Origin: Phycisphaerales bacterium
GTDB taxonomy: Bacteria > Planctomycetota > Phycisphaerae > WQYP01
Assembly (NCBI GenBank): GCA_027451365.1
Contig: DAIDJN010000075.1
Span: forward strand, 1 to 28,607
DNA length: 28,607 nucleotides
Direction: 5' to 3'
Shown: one piece after another, positions 27,851 to 28,607 of the stretch
How the letters are laid out: the number at the start of each line of letters is the position of its first letter
How positions within the stretch are numbered: the stretch's first letter is position 1
Made by a program: the position numbers and the translations under genes
Notes under the pieces: model-generated
Seen by the model: the letters and a program-made list of their open reading frames with translations, nothing else
What the model was told of the DNA's origin: nothing
Database searches by the model: none

Positions 27851-28345
27851 GAAGCTCATGGCTTTCGGCTCGCGGACGGGGGAAGTCAGGTTAACCTGGC
27901 GGAAATGACAGCGCCATTTTCCGGCTGTGGCCACTGGTGCGCATTGTCGAAACTCAGCACACTCACGCACGCACGAAAACCATTGTGTGCCAACCCCTGC
28001 GGCGGACTGCTCAGAAAGAAAAAAAATGTGCCGGGGCATTATCACCCCAGCCAAATGCTATAGCTGTTTAAGGTGTGAATCTGCTGGCAGTTGTGCCCGG
28101 ACCTTTGAAGGATCGAATCATGCCCTGGCAAAACCAGGCCATACCCGTCGTACACGCTCTGGCCGCAGGCGATGCGTCCTGCGCCAGGCCCAAAACATGG
28201 GCTGGCGAGTGGCTGGATTGGAGTATCACCACGTCGGAAGTCCCGAAAATGCGCAAAACCAAGAAAACAGCAACCTGCGGTACCGGTACTGGCATTGGTA
28301 TTGCCACTGGTGCTGGTGTGCATGTCACTGTTTGCGCCGTTGACG

Positions 28346-28397
28346 CGGTAACGGTAACAGTGGTAACACTGGTGTTACCGCTGTTACCGCGTTACCG
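28346..28397. repeat. Near-perfect palindrome built of GGTAAC/GTTACC units (3 + 3)
   Basis: CGGTAACGGTAACAGTGGTAACAC-TG-GTGTTACCGCTGTTACCGCGTTACCG. Confidence 0.8.
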
Positions 28398-28456
28398 GGG
28401 CATTTCTGCGCACGCGCATATCGACCATGGCCTGCAATCTTGAAAAGCCGGCCTTA

Positions 28457-28533
28457 TTGTGGTGCGGGCATCTTGCCTCCCGGCTTAAACCCATCCGGTG
28501 CGGGGCAATGCAGGCCAGACGCCCGCACCACAA
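28457..28533. repeat. REP/REPIN-like inverted doublet
   Basis: TTGTGGTGCGGGCATCTTGCCT ... AGGCCAGACGCCCGCACCACAA: inverted arms with a perfect outer 13 bp, each arm containing a short internal palindrome. Confidence 0.65.
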
Positions 28534-28607
28534 ACAAACAGGCACCTCCAAAATGCCTATTGTTAGGTCATCTTTTCACTTCCGGGAAAATACGGGCAAA
28601 CCTGTGT

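Noticed and set aside
27710..28443. Several overlapping 86-138 aa ORFs on both strands
   Set aside because: None has a recognisable family or a clear SD, and their low-complexity peptides derive from the DNA repeats.
1..28607. CRISPR array, tRNA/rRNA, recognisable riboswitch or defence system
   Set aside because: No regularly spaced repeats or RNA-gene signatures were seen. HrpB and the TatD-like gene are convergent and belong to non-defence subfamilies, so they were not called a helicase-nuclease defence pair.

Overview
Chromosomal window (GC in the mid-50s % by eye) that most resembles a planctomycete, possibly class Phycisphaerae; the taxonomy is inferred from gene style and IS/REP types and is not verified. 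The first part holds the 5' end of an ISKra4-like transposase running off the left edge, a zinc-ribbon membrane protein, a heterodimeric ABC exporter pair, a GH51 arabinofuranosidase and the HrpB helicase. The middle holds a divergent five-gene cluster (EboB/TatD-like hydrolase plus a small helical protein, opposite a YkgJ-like Cys-cluster protein, a TPR protein and a xylose-isomerase-like TIM barrel). It is followed by a TauE/SafE + DUF1634 pair, typA/bipA with a downstream orphan CpsB-like PHP phosphatase, and two tandem LpoB-like lipoproteins. The right part is a carbohydrate-degradation tract (Tat-exported GH35, SGNH esterase, Tat-exported GH2) broken up by decayed IS remnants (ISAs1, IS3-like, DDE). 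It ends in a GGTAAC-repeat palindrome and a REP-like doublet. No rRNA, tRNA or CRISPR array was seen. No new system can be proven from sequence alone. The best leads are the partial ebo-like cluster, the tandem LpoB-like lipoproteins with no adjacent PBP, and the GGTAAC palindrome.
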